Assembly (NCBI GenBank): GCA_003344405.1
Contig: NOWV01000012.1
Coordinates: 496,001 to 560,000 of the forward strand
DNA length: 64,000 nucleotides
Direction of reading: 5' to 3'
Origin: Trichoplax sp. H2
Taxonomy: Eukaryota
In this document: positions 1 through 14,446 of the stretch, piece after piece
How positions within the stretch are numbered: position 1 is the stretch's first letter
Layout of the letters: each line of letters starts with the position of its first letter
Program-made: the position numbers and the translations under genes
Notes under the pieces: model-generated
What the model was told of the DNA's origin: nothing
The model's input: the letters and a program-made list of their open reading frames with translations, nothing else
The model's database searches: none

Positions 1-220
1 TATAAACCTATTTTTCCCGTCTTGGTCATATATACTATAATTCTGAATATGAGATAACATGCTATTTTATCCGAATTAAATCGAGATTTATGATGATTTA
101 ATAATTGATCAATCTAAAGCTGCCGTTGAGGAAAAGTATTGCTGGTGTCTTGTTAGTGAAAGATAGCATTGTTTGTGGGTGGCAGTAATTAAAATGACTT
201 GCTCAGAAATATAGATCGTA

Positions 221-3200
221 TTATCTTCTTCGTGATCCTCCCTAAACAATAAATGAAAGTAGTATTAGAGACAAAGAGAAATTGAAATTCGTGTTAACAA
301 GTACTCAGATAACGATCAGGCAGAATTTATGTAACTTCTGATAATCACGACAATAGTGCATAGAAGTTTGAAAATTGGTGAACCTTTAGATTTTTTAAGG
401 CTTCGATTTCCTCTTGTTTTTTAGTCAGTTTATCATTCATATTGCAAAGGTGCTCGCTCATCATGCTTAATTGGCTATCGTAGCTACGAGTTGTTGTTTG
501 TAGTTCATCCTAACACGAAATTTAAGGACAGATGTTACACAAAATCAGTGAAGTGATGAGGTATAGCGACATGATTTTTATAAAGTAGCTGGCACCCACG
601 ACGTCTTAGCTTAAATGTCGTCGTGGATATGATTATTTTATTTATTCTTACCTTTAATGACGAGATAATAGTCTGTGCGTTTTCTAGGTCTAGGTTTAAT
701 TTTTGTTTAAATTTCTCGGATAGTTCAAGACGTTTTTCTAGTACTCGACTCTAATATCGTAATAATTTTTAATGAAAAAAAATTTAAGGCATAAGCAGTG
801 TTTTCCTTATAAAGAGATACTTGGAGACGGTTTTTTAAATCTAGTAAGTTTTTACCTCGGAGAAAAAAGACGTTGCTTTACTATCAATCGCTTGAAGCTG
901 GTAGCGTTTCAGTTAAATATTTAGCATAGGATAGTCACGATGCAGTTGATTAGTCAATAATTAAATATGCTTACATTAACATTTCATAATTCTTGCTGAA
1001 TAATAAGTACTTTAAGCATATACCTTAGCATTAAGTTCCATTATTCTCGCAGAGTAATAATTCTTGATCAAATTTTCTCGGTTGCTTTCAATATCTTCAT
1101 TCTATCAAAGGAGATCAAGAATATAAGAGACCTTGAAATAGTTTCTGAACTTCAGACCTAGTAATATTGTTAGTAACTTACTCCTTCATCGCTTAAGAAA
1201 TCGGTAACATCATTTACAGTTCCTAACTAAAGCGGGATATAGTACATTCGGATAATTATAAACATGAAGTGGCTTAATGATAACATACAAAATGAATTCA
1301 GGCTATAATAAAATTACAACTTGATTACTAACATTTGTGGAAGGTTGTGTAACATCAATTAAATGTTGACTTGGCATTGCCATCGTAGGAACAGCTAAGC
1401 CTTGAATTAATGCAGTGTCTGTGGAAGGCTAATAAAAGAAAAATCATTTTGCATGCGTTATTTTATGAACCGGTCGCGTGAAAATGATGAAAAAGGCAAT
1501 TTGTAGTTAAGTATAGATTCCACGAATACCACGGTATACCTTATGGATTCCATTCTCGATCACGCTATCAGAATTTTGAGGATTTTGTCTTAAAGTAGTA
1601 TTTTCTTGCTGTAGATGTGCCAGTTTCTGGTAAATAAAATTACGGAAAAAACATTTTGATAAGTATTTATTGTTCATAATTTATATGAATTATTTTCATC
1701 TTTATAGTTATCGCGTAAGTTTTCTAGGTAACTTATTACCTGTTGCATTTTTTCAAATTTAACTTTACTTAATTGGTATTCTAACATCCAATGTTCTTTT
1801 TCCTAAGTATTGTTTATATTTTTAATTTCTTATTTTCTTATTAACGAATTAAACTAATTGCAGCCATATTTCCTTACTTTCTCTAACTGAGTGATACGCT
1901 CCCTTTTACCAGCAACCTAAACATTTTAAAGATAATAGAAAGCATAGTTTATCGACTTATAATTTTACAATTACCACAAATTAAATCATTAAAATAAGCA
2001 ATACAGATTGTAATTTTCGAATGAAATACCTGTTGACTGAGGGTCTCAGTATTCTCGGTCGAACTCTGAACCTTTTTGTAGTTTTCTATTGCTACTGCGT
2101 ACGGTATTGATTCAGGGAGCGGCTATTTAAAAATTTTAAAATATGTTGATTAAAATTACTATTAATCAATGAATTGCTAAATTCTTAAATGGTTATACAG
2201 TCTCAGAATCGCTTGTTGATACTTAGTGAGACCTTTGCTAACGTCGTCATATAGTTGACTGCTCGTCTTCTAAAAGATGAAACGGTGTCGGAAGCTACCC
2301 CCAACTGAAATGCATAGAGACTTTTAGTTAGCAAGTGATTTACTACGATTAGAAATGAATCCTATTTGATCTTACCTTACTATCGCTATTTCGAAGACGC
2401 GATATGAAGAATGTTAAATTATTTCCTATAAATCTAGAAAGCTGGAAGTATATTTAACGCAAAAGCCAGTACTTCACATTAGTTCCAAAGTTTAAATTAA
2501 GTTGCTAGTCTTTCATAAAATAGGAGCCATAAATTGCAACAGCGATCAAGCAATAAATATTGATTTACCTTGTCTGCGGTAGATATAAAAGCATCAACAG
2601 ATGACACTATGCAGTCATTAGTTACTTTAAGACCCTAAAGGAGAGATTATTTAAGAATGGAGAGGAAACTTACAGGTATAATAGACAGTTCATAAAATAG
2701 TTAACATTATTTATTTTTAATGTTATCAAACCTCCGACATCCAAGTTAGCATTTGCTCTTCAACAGTTTTCGACTTGTACCTTCCCATCATGTCTACGTC
2801 ACATAATAACGGTTACAATCCTTACGTAATTTAACGTAAACGAAAACTTTACAAATTTACCTTTAGCACATTTCTGTATGCTATTTAATGAAGTAACAAT
2901 ATGTTTTAGCACAGCTTCTTGACTTGAAAGAGGGTAATCATGTGTCCTATAACCTTTAAATTGTAAAGTTTAGTAGTTTTATTAGCCTTCGTATCCATAA
3001 TTCCGAACGATATCACGAGTATAAACAGTATTTCTTACTGATGTTGCCTAATATCTGTACATAGTTATCCAATTTTATAAAGGCGACGCTAAAATAGTGA
3101 AACGCATCAAGGAATTCTTTGTTTTTCCGTTGAAGAGAGCTTGGATTGGAAAAATGTTCATTCACAGCATTTGAGCTAAAGGTCATTTTTAAGATAGAGT

Positions 3201-6200
3201 GGAATTTAATACGAATATAAATTCGTATTATTACAGACATCCAACCGAGTAATTCTTATGAAATTAGGAGAAAATTATCTAGTAGAATTTATCTTACCAT
3301 AGCTTTTGATATGGTAGTAATCTACTGAGATAGGTAACAAAGCTGTGAAATGCTTGACTTACTTCGCGTAAGCCGAGGACGCCTTCCTAGTTATTTAAAA
3401 AGGATAGTTAGATCCGTGGAATACTTCATAACGAGTTAAAGGAGTTAAATATCATGGAATAGTTCTAACTAGTGTAACTTGTGGGTTGTCTCCAATCTTT
3501 TGATACATAATCGCAAAAGCTTGTTCACATGGATTTAAATATGAGCTATTCTCTTGTAGTTGCGATTTCATCTATGATTTTTTTAATATATTTCGAGCAT
3601 AAGATTTTTAAGAATGATAGTTGCAAGATATACAAACAGTATAATCAACCAAATTCATGTGTGGCAACCTTATTATGAATAGCAGAGATTATAGAGTTTA
3701 CGGCGAAATTTTCAGATATGGCTGTACAATGCTGCATAGTATTTTGTTAATTCAAAAATTGCGTCAGTATTATCAAATGATTAGTAATACAGAATGAGAT
3801 GTAGTTATTACGCAAATAATAGTTGCAACGCTACCTGGAGCATATATGTTAGCCAAGAGCTTAAAGTCTTGAAAAAGTCTCCAACTAAGGTATTTGCTTC
3901 ACCAAGAAGAGCTTTAGCTTTTAGCTTTAAGGAAAGATCATTAATTATATCGTTATATAGAGCTTATCGCATACTCACTATCTCATTTAATTATAATTAT
4001 TGAAAGTTAACAACTTCTTTAATAAAATTGCTAATGTGTGTGATATAATCTTACTCCATCGCTATGATCGTGCGTTGGTACGTCGAGCGCTATGAACTCC
4101 TTATTTCCTAAAATACAAGAACACTACAGTAAAAATCTACTATTTTTCGCTTAATACAAGTGAGCATAAATATTTTATTTAATGTGCTACATGAAGGGTA
4201 AGGATTACCTTTATCGTTAAACATGTTATCGTTAAACCCAACAGTGTCTGCAGGAAAAGATACAGTAGTTATTTATCAGTAACATAGTGTAGTATTACGA
4301 TGCACAAATTGTGACTGAAGTACCTGCTACGTTTGCCCGCTCAAGTCTTATTGAGAGCAATTGTCTTTGACTAGTCACGATAATATATTAGATATGGGAT
4401 TAGTTTAACTTCTCTTTTATGTATCAACGAGAATCTGTGTGATTATTACCTGCTATCCAGCTTCATTTTTTGTTCTTCTAAGTTATTTTGCAAAGTTTGG
4501 ACCTTCAGCTAAGATTTAAATAAATACAGGGAATTAGGGAATGAAATTTAAATCGATTTTTAAATTTTGATTGTTGCTAATTTTAATACCTCGAGCGCAG
4601 CATTTTCTCGTCGTGTAGTTCCTAGTTGCTCTGCTGTAAATGAGGAGGCTTGAGCACTAATTTTGATACATAAAATGGAGGTTAGCCGATAAAAATTCCG
4701 TAAAACTAAAAAGAAATCTGTTTTCAGGTGATAATCACGCTACAAGGAAGGAAAGAGTACCTTTCAAGTTCAACAATTCTATCTTGCAAGGATTGTATTA
4801 AACGTTGATATTCCTGGTCACTTAGGTTACGATCTTCTTCGGAATTAGTTTTCTCTTGCGATTGTATCCTAAGGCGATAACGCTTCAAGTTATTACAATA
4901 GAAAGATTGGTGACTAAGCACTTTACTTTGTCAAATAGCAAGATTATAAGCAAATAATTTTAGAAATTTTTGCTTGACGCACTCCTCTAACTGTATAATT
5001 CGGCCTTGCAAAGACCTAATAATTTGTTCATGTCCATCAGATGATGAAGATTTGTCATTTAGTGCACTATGTAAAATATTACATTATTGTCATTAATGCA
5101 TATATATTTATAGCAGTATAATCTATTGGATTACTTAAGAACCGTTAGTATGAGATTCCGCTAAAAATAAACCTTTCTAGTTCCGTGATACGATCTTGCA
5201 TGGATTTGATTATAATTTCTTGATCATCTTTTTCACTTTGATTATTTACAGTATGTTGCCTAATGTTTTAAAGTTTTAGAGAATCTTACTTATGTCGTAA
5301 ATAAGATTTGTTTACGCTAGATAAGAGTATTAATTTACTGTTCGTTTGCAGTCAATCGTTGCTGCAGCGAGTCGATAGTATTCTGATATTGATCTGCCGC
5401 CTCTTTAGCTCTTATTTCAACAAAATTCATTTCTCTTCTGTATCGCCTACATTAAAATTGTTGGTAATTATGATAATAATTTATAGTCATAATTCCTGTG
5501 TTGAGTACAAGAACAGGTTACGTAAACTTACTCTTCCAGATCATTATTGGCACTCTTTAAGGTTGATATCAACTTTTGATAGTGGGAAATATCTTGTTGC
5601 TTACTATTCTGTACACTGAAGGTGAAATAGCTTTGTCATTAATCGTATTTCTTCACCTACAGATATCGGTATTTTTTGTTAATAAATGGGTAACTCGCCT
5701 TTCCATTTCTAATTGCTTGATTCTCTGTTGTAGAGTATTAATAACGGATTGATAATCTTCCGGTTGTTGATTTTGGTTGATCGTACTGCTAGATACGGAA
5801 AAAAATTAAACTATATTATAAGTCTAATCGTTAGATAATTTGTTTTCGCACAGCAAATGGACGTCTCTAACGGATTATAGCAGTCATAACACAGTATTAT
5901 TACTATTATGATCAGCTACTATAATGATTAGCACCAAGATCTTACCTTTCAAGGTTAACAATTTTATCTTGTAATTCTTGAATAGTTTTAAGGTGTTTTT
6001 CATTTAGTTGTCTGGTTAGGGATTCCTGAAATTCCCTTTCGGTAATGACTTTCCTATATAGCATAAATATAATGTAACATAGCCAATTAGTTAATGCCAC
6101 TAGAGTTGTAATAACTCAAGAATAAAATTAAATTTTTATGGGCCATGAATGTTATATTACTATAGAACTGCCTTTAATATTAGCTCAATTAAGTTACTAT

Positions 6201-9200
6201 ACCGCTCCAGACTTTCAACTTTTTTCTCTAATTCCGTTACGATTTGTCGGTGTTGGGTGGTTAATTGGTTATCATTCTGTGAATTATCTCTTAAACGGCT
6301 GAAGATTAAATATGAAACAAGCTTTACTTTGTATTCTAAGGAATTACTGTAGTCAAATATTTACATTATTATGGTAGAGACAGTAGACGAACGTATGATG
6401 CATAGCAAAATGTATTACTTCTCTAGGGCTGTAATTTGGTCAGTGAAACCCTTCTCTCTGGATTTCATTTCTTGTTGCCTTTCTTGATAATCTTTTAGCA
6501 CACTGAAAGATGGGATTAGATGATTAATAAGTTAAACCATAGATATATGAAAAAAGGTAGTAATAGCAAAGGTGTTACGTGACAAAACGTAAAAAACGTC
6601 GTATCACCAATTCAAATATTTTTAAAAAATATCTTACAGGCAACGATATATACTGCATTACCTTTCTAGACCTTTATTTTTTTCCTGTAGTTGAAGAAAT
6701 TTTTGTTCAGTCTCCCGCACCTGGTTTGAATTGGTGCTGTATCGGCCATTCAATTTGATATAATCATCAACCATGAAAGTGTTCAAACAGAAAATTTTCT
6801 TTAGTGAATGGTATCAGTAAGGTAGATTAAACAAATATCAGGTACTAATTTGTGAAGTAGATTACGCTATATGGTACCTATTTTGTTCTTGTACTTGGCC
6901 CCTTAATGATATTATAATGGACGCTTTATTTTCATTTTCTCCTTTTAATGCGGTTAAATTTCTAAACCGTTTTCAAATTGGACAAGCTAGTTATTATTTA
7001 GTTTTTGTAATAAGATTGGAAAGAATACTTGCTAATATAAGAATCTTTATTGTAGATATTATAACTGTACTTTTGCAACTCCACAATTCTGTCTTCGTAG
7101 CCTTTAATGGCATAATCATGACGCTCCGTTGCTTTTTGCAGCTTCGGTAAATATAAATATAAATATAAGGAGAGAGTATGGTATCTTTGGATAGTGTACG
7201 CAAGGTGCAAGGAAAGGGCAGAGATAGGGACGAGAAGTGGCCGTTCAGTGCAAAATAATGTGTAAGCTTATCATTTTTTCGGTCATTCTACTATACAGCA
7301 CCAATGAAACTGTATAGTATCCTGTACTGCATAAAGTCAATCAATTTCGTAGCTAATTTGGGAGTCAGTCGTAGACAGTAAGGTGTACCACTGCAGACAT
7401 ACGATACAGTTAAAATGACCAGCAAAATAATCGGTTATGACATTATTAATATAGTGAACGACCATTTCCCGTCCGTGAAAAAGGGTAACTGGTTCTGAGA
7501 ACCTTGGTAAAGTATTAATTATATAAAATCATAATCATTACACAACTTTCTATTGTAAGATGAGTTCGTATGCTACAGCATCATCTAAACTTGTAGAGTT
7601 AAATTACTTGTTGAGAAAGATTAGCGTTTTGTTGCCTTTGTGTATTTAGTTCTTGATCAAATACAGCGTTAGAGCGAGTTGTATTCTAGAAAAATGACGA
7701 ATTTATAGTTATATTAATTACGATAGATTGGGATAGTTTTACAATGTTACTGTGCGAGTTCTATAAATTTATAAATGGTATTCATCTGGTACTGTGCTAA
7801 GCAATAAGGTTTTGATATCCTTACATCCTTGGAACGTTCCTTCAATTCTTGAATCTCGTTCTCATTCCTTGCGATAGTACCCTCTTTCTCTTGTAGTGTC
7901 TCCTATTTATATCGATTAAAGATTATTTCATGACGTTGATTATCTGTGGCCATTATACTGTAATAATTTATGACACAACAATTTACAAGCTACCGAATTT
8001 TACTGTGTTTCAAACCTCAAGAGTAGCATTTTTGGCTTTTTCATCAACAACTGCTTTCTTTAGTACCGTTATTTGACCGCGTTGCTGAATAACATTCGCA
8101 TAACAAAATTTAAGGTTAATAATGGCATTAAAGATATGACTGAGAAGACTTTGATAATAATCTATTTTTCTGCAGCGTTTCTAGATTATATGATAAATCT
8201 GAATATAAATCTGGGTGGTCTTACATTATAGAATTATAAAAATAATGTTATAAGTTAATAAATTCAATTTAGAACGTAAATTAATATAGAATAGTCAGAA
8301 TACTCGAATATATTTATAACTGATCTCATTAGCTCATGACAACACATAATGTAAATTAAATATCTTACGAGTCTTATTGAATATTTTATTCATTATATTT
8401 GGAAGTTTCATGTATAATGTTTCAGTGCATCCAATGCTAGTTAAAACTGTGATCTAAAGTAGCCTACTTCAATATGATAAATATGTATGAGGCGTCGCTT
8501 TATACTTCGCAAAATGTAAACTGTACATAAAATTCGCAACCGTTTAGCATAAATTTCTATACCACTATTTCTGGCCGAAATAGAAAGATATTCTGGTATA
8601 TTAAATTAATTAAACATATGTATTCTGACTAGCTATTCTTTAGCTTCTTTTCACGTATTGGTGCGAATATCATGTACTATTGTGGCAATATAGTACGGGC
8701 ATACTATTCTTTAGGCATTTAAGTATTACTGCTCACATTAACTAATTGGCATTCTTAATGGTCAACTTATATTACACCATTTGATAGACATCATTTTAGT
8801 TTGATACGCATATTCAATTATTTAATGTCTCAAATATTATATTACATCTGGATACTTTGTGATAGCCTAATTATCAAATTACAGTCGTAAAAGGTATCAT
8901 ACTAATCAATTCGATTTCTGGAAGCATTTCTATGACGAGCAAGCAGCTATTCTATGTAGTCCTATGTACTGACAGTTGCTGCGCTTGAATTGGCGATCGA
9001 CTCGTGTGTGACTACAACGCAGAAATGTAGAGTACAGCTATAGGTCGACATAAAAGAAGTTAATGGAACTGTAAAGTGAGCACACCTATGCTTTCCTAAG
9101 AAAATCAGTACATTGTCAAGCGCTACCGTAGTTTCAAACTAAACTAACTGCGGTTGGGGAAAATTATCTATAGCCATCAACTACCGCCGTTTACAATAGG

Positions 9201-9792
9201 GATTACTATTACGTTGACGGTTGTGGAAATATACTAGTTATAATACTCATACAACTGTAGGGCGTTTAACATGTTACAACTTTGATTTTGTTCTATGTTA
9301 TACCAGCTTAAGGTTAGTTAATAAAAGTTGCAAAAAGAATGGTATTTATTTTATTTTGACGAACCAGACTTCAATTGGTTAAACTAAGATCGATATTACT
9401 TACTTTCCTCTTACTGTAATTACATACTGCACTTGCATACTCCAAACGTGGTGCTATCGACGAAGTGTGGTGTATTGTACAGTATACAGCGTGGTACGAC
9501 AGATATTGGTAGTTGAAAGTTCTAATTTGTAGAATCAATCTACTTTAATTGATTCCATGAATTTAGAAGATGGTATACCTTGATATAAGATACATTGCGA
9601 TCTGTAGTCCTATTTTATATTACAGTGTACTGTATTTTGACTTATTGTACTTGTTATATTATTAAGACGGGCCTTAGCTAAGTATGATAATATTGATGCA
9701 ATACACCCCCATTAACATTGATAGAAATACTATACCTTTGCGTATTCTTGTAATAGCTTCTGATACTTCTGATTTACATCAGTAGAACTCAT
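221..9792 (-). CDS. PPP1R21: PPP1R21 / KLRAQ1 / CCDC128 (FERRY complex coiled-coil subunit), multi-exon
   Basis: Exon 1 (9736-9792) MSSTDVNQKYQKLLQEYAK and exon 2 (8016-8084) QRGQITVLKKAVVDEKAKNATLE match the KLRAQ N-terminus. The penultimate exon (~384-509) DELQTTTRSYDSQLSMMSEHLCNMNDKLTKKQEEIEALKK matches the conserved C-terminus. The last exon GGSRRR* has its stop at 221-223. Confidence 0.9.
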
Positions 9793-9951
9793 GGTGGCTG
9801 AAGTATCTAGGCGGATTTCAGACTGTTTTGTAGTATCTTATAATCGACTTTCAGAGATGGAAATAGCTGTTTCGGTTCCCTAGGTGCTATGGCAATTCAG
9901 ATTTGGAGATGGCTCAGAGACAACTTACCGCATCTTTGCTGCGTTCCACTT

Positions 9952-10745
9952 CAGGCCTAGATACAGTACGCGTACACGTCGAGTACAGTATAGTATTAGT
10001 GAGTTACAGTACTGTATACTGTACAGTAAAGACTCAAAGTACTGTACTGTATAGTAAAGACCCACAGTACGCTACAGTACATGTACTGTAAGCGCATATC
10101 AATACGTCATCGACTATACTGCAGCTATCGACGGCACTAGAGACCCTCTATGAGATAGAGGGTTTCTAGACGGTACCAGTGTCAAAGTGGGCGGAGTACA
10201 GTACACTCAGTAGAGTACTGCTAACTTATGTACTGTACACTGTACAGTAGAGCACAGTACTTTGTGCATTAATTAATATATTTAAATTATTTAATTTATA
10301 TATACAGATAATTAAGAAATATATCCATCAAAAAGTAAAACAAGGAGTACTACTCCAGGCCTATATGTACAGTGCGCGTACACGAAGAGTACAGTACAGT
10401 ATACTGTAGTATTAGTGAGTTATAGTACAGTATACTGTACTGTACGGTACAGTAAAGACCCACAGTACACTACAGTACATGTACTGTAAGCGCATATCAA
10501 TACGTCATCGACTACAGTACTGTACTGCAGCTATCGACGGCACGAGAGATCCTCTACTGTATGAGATAGAAGGTCTCGAGACGGCACCGGTGTCAAAGTG
10601 GGCGGAGTACAGTACACTCAGTAGAGTACTGGGAACTTACTTAACTACTGTACAGTATGTACTGTACTTTGTGCATTAATGAATAAATTTAAATTATTTA
10701 ATTTATATATACAGTTAATTCAGAAATATCCATCAAAAAGTAAAA
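9952..10745. repeat. ~400-bp direct tandem duplication upstream of PPP1R21
   Basis: Copy A ~9952-10340 and copy B ~10356-10745 share e.g. gtaagcgcatatcaatacgtcatcgact, gtgtcaaagtgggcggagtacagtacactcagtagagtactg and catcaaaaagtaaaa. They differ by substitutions and CAGTA/CTGTA indels. Confidence 0.9.
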
Positions 10746-13700
10746 AAAAGATGGACTAGTTCCAAGTAACTAATAAATAACTTATCACTGTGCCTACGTA
10801 TTTAAGTCTGATTTGCGTTCCAGGTAGCTACTAATATTAAGTCGAATAATGTGATATCTAGCAAAATCAAACCATCGACAGGTGTAATTCTGAGAGGATT
10901 CTCTTGACCGCCAACTCACTTAATTGTTATCGTAAAGAGAGATATCGTTCGAGCTAGAATTCTACAATATCTTGTAGGCTTGTACAGTAGAACGAGCTTT
11001 GAAGTGATATTTTCGAACACTTGTATCAACTTTATTTATTTTAAATTATAATATCCATATCTTTATGTTATTCCTCTAATACATCAGCCGCTGATCTTAG
11101 TTCATTAATTTATAGTTAACAGCATTGCTAGTTATAATTACGGCATTATAATAATCGTCAAACAGCCAGCCCTTCCCGCTAGATTTACAAACCGCAGTAT
11201 TGCGGATATCTCTACATACTGTGTTTATAATTTGATAGCCATTATTTGTGTTATACCCATACAATGTCCTGTACATACTCCACCTAAAAATGAAGTATGC
11301 GATTATAATAAAATGCATAGTATTATTCATTCTTTATTCTTGCATTTGAATATAAATAATTGCATTCCTAATTTTATGCATCATTCCTGCATGCTCTAAA
11401 TAATCATCGATTCAAAAGATTCCATTTTCTGTATATTTGAATAAATACAGCAAAATAATATGCACTTGTAAAGTATTGTCAAGCCGTTAGAGGACCATAC
11501 AAAGTGGAAATACATAAGTGACTTTAACCTAAAACGATGTGGAACGCAGTTCTACGAGTTCTATAGGTTGCAAGTTTATGTATAAAGCATGAATTTAAAA
11601 TTTTGTAAATTAGAATGGAATAACATATTATTCTGTAAAATCGGAAGTTATATCTGCTAACAACAACAGATCGGATTTTATAGTGACTGATAACTTAATC
11701 ATAAATCGTTACCCACTTCACCTAGCATCTACATCAATATAATTAAGCTTAATCTTATAATTTTTTTAGGGGATTTTTTATGACTAATGGAGTTCCAGAA
11801 ATTTCGATTTTTGTATATTCGTGTATCTTAACTCAACATGTTACCCTCGTAATGTTATACTGTATATTAACTCGGTTTTTGGTTGGCTTAAGCAATGAAA
11901 ATCCAATTGATTTTTGAAATGTTATAATTTATGACTCGTAAATCATGAACGCCGTACGTGCGTATCAATTACTGTACAATAACTTAAATATCAACCGAAA
12001 CTGCAAAAGATGACGTACTTAGGATAACAGTATCACAATAATCGATTTATCAGCTTCATTCTAAATCATTATTCATTAATTACTGTAATTAATGAATGAA
12101 TGAAATCTCATAAATTACATATAGAACTAATTATTTTGTTATTAATATTATACTACTAGTGTATGCCCACGAACTCTGTTCGTTGGTTGTGGTTATTTAA
12201 AGTTGTACTTTATTCGATAGCTTCGTCAGTATTATTGTACTATACTGAAAACTTTCTAACCACTTCGTATGTACAGTACAATATAGAATGAATGTGCTTG
12301 CTCCAGGGGCCAGTCGGTATGATGTCAACGTGCGCGTCACTCAAGAGCACGTGACAGTCAGTGATGGAAGCTACAAAATCAGTTCTTACGCAGTCTGTGC
12401 TGTACGGTGTAGTGTAGTGTTACAGTAGTTGAGTAATGAAGCAGAACCAGGAAGAGGCCTCCGAACTTCGGAGTACAGTACAGCAAAAGTTGAACTCCGA
12501 CACAATGTACACTACTGGGCGGTCAGCTAGACCTGTCGGCCGTCTTGATCCGGAAAAACAAGGGTGGGGTAGATGGATGAAATGTTTACGTATTTATTTT
12601 ACCGAACTTACAGTACTGTATATTATTTTTTTGGAGATATTGTGCTGTTCTGTACTAAGGTGTTTCAGATCGAACTAGTGCAAAGAATACACTTTAGGGC
12701 TTGATATCCCTTCATATTTTTATAATATCAGATAATTATAATAATTATTACTGTATTTTGCTACTCAACAGAGTCTACTGTGCTTGTTATTTGGTGCTGT
12801 TGGGACTTGGGAGTGAGGATTTTACCAATGCTCTGCAGTGCGACTGTTCGTCATTATTGCCACTAGTAAGCACCAACAGCATTTCAGTGTGTAGTGCACG
12901 CCTGTGTTTGGATTAACTCAAATGGCTAGTGTATTAGCTACTAAGCACATGTATTTAACTCTAGGCCTTGGGTTTCAACGAGCTCGCTAGTTGTAGGAGA
13001 ATTTAGTTATGCGTATACTCGTATGCTTATCGCTAAGGTTAGTCATGAAGTACGGGGATATTATCATTAATTAAATAAAAAAAATAAAAATAAATATACC
13101 GTGCAGTATAATAAATAAACAAACATAGAATTATAATAAAAATAAGTGCATTTCTAGGTCGCGGTTACTCCACGCGGGACTTGTCCAAGTGCAGTTGTAA
13201 AATGTTCATAAAATTTTATAAGGCACAGCACAGCAATAATATACACATATAATCAGAACTTTGAAATCGGAATGTTAGCTCTGTCTTTACAGTAAATAAA
13301 TTGTTGGTATTACCTTCGTTCTAATGTTCTGCTCTTCTAACAGATATGGCAGTTAATTAATTGATTAAGAATTAGAATAATTATCATAATTATTAATAAG
13401 CGATAAATACTAAAGTGTTACTATATGCTGTGTTACTACTGTTCCATCTTTAATATGCTGTAATCTCGAATTTGTAATGACAAAGTTTTCCAAGTGTAAA
13501 TTTAAAATATGCGTAGTTTGAATTAAAATAAAATTAATTTTAAAAATTCTACAAAATTTCGTCTCAAGAAGCAGGCGCACACGTGAAAAAGTACAGTACT
13601 GCACTGTCTTGACAATGTGATCTTCAAATTTCGGACAGTTACTACTGTATGTGCGTCGTGATATACTGAAATTAAAAAGTTTTACAGTCCTAAATCCTAT

Positions 13701-14446
13701 GATATGGCTGAAAGCATGATCGGATACTCTTATAATGGAGAATATAGTGAGCACCGGGATAATTACAATCCTTCATTTGTTGCATTTTTCAGTACAATAT
13801 ACTAAAGGTATCAAAATGCAAAAAAAGCAGTCAGTAAGCAGCAATAAAGCTTGTTTTTATGAAACTATTTGGTAATTTTTTGATTCATACTACAGTAGTA
13901 CACCATGGAGACATGGATGTACGGTATTTCACTGTCAATAGTTATAGTCAATACAGTAATAATATTATAATCATTAGTAATAAAATTTTAAATAATAATA
14001 ATTTTTAATTATTTGTTAAATCAGCTTTTGCAGTCCATAATACAGTGCTAAGAGGTTGGTGATTACAGTACTGTACTGTACACTAGTGTACAGTACAGTA
14101 CAGTACAGTCCAATCTGGTGTACAGTACAGTACGCTAGTGCAGTTCAGGGTTCGCTACAGTGCATTGAAGTCAGTGCAATTCCACATAGTGGATAGTACC
14201 GTGCAGTAGTGTAGCGTACTGGGTGATGTGCAAGGTCAAATTACTGATAGAGCGAAGAATTTTGAGTATGCATGAACTAGTAATTCTCACATTGGCTGAA
14301 TGTCGATCATCCTTACTGTACCGCCCATTATATCCCTAGCACCGCCCAAGCCAAGAAAACGTGACAAAAGAACAGCCATTTAATCGCATATGGTGGCAGC
14401 TTATTGTCTTCGTAAGTGATTACATATTGTGGCCTGTCGAAAGCTG

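Noticed and set aside
12294-12315. U6 snRNA-like start GTGCTTGCT
   Set aside because: Similarity ends after ~9 nt and there is no ACAGAGA box.
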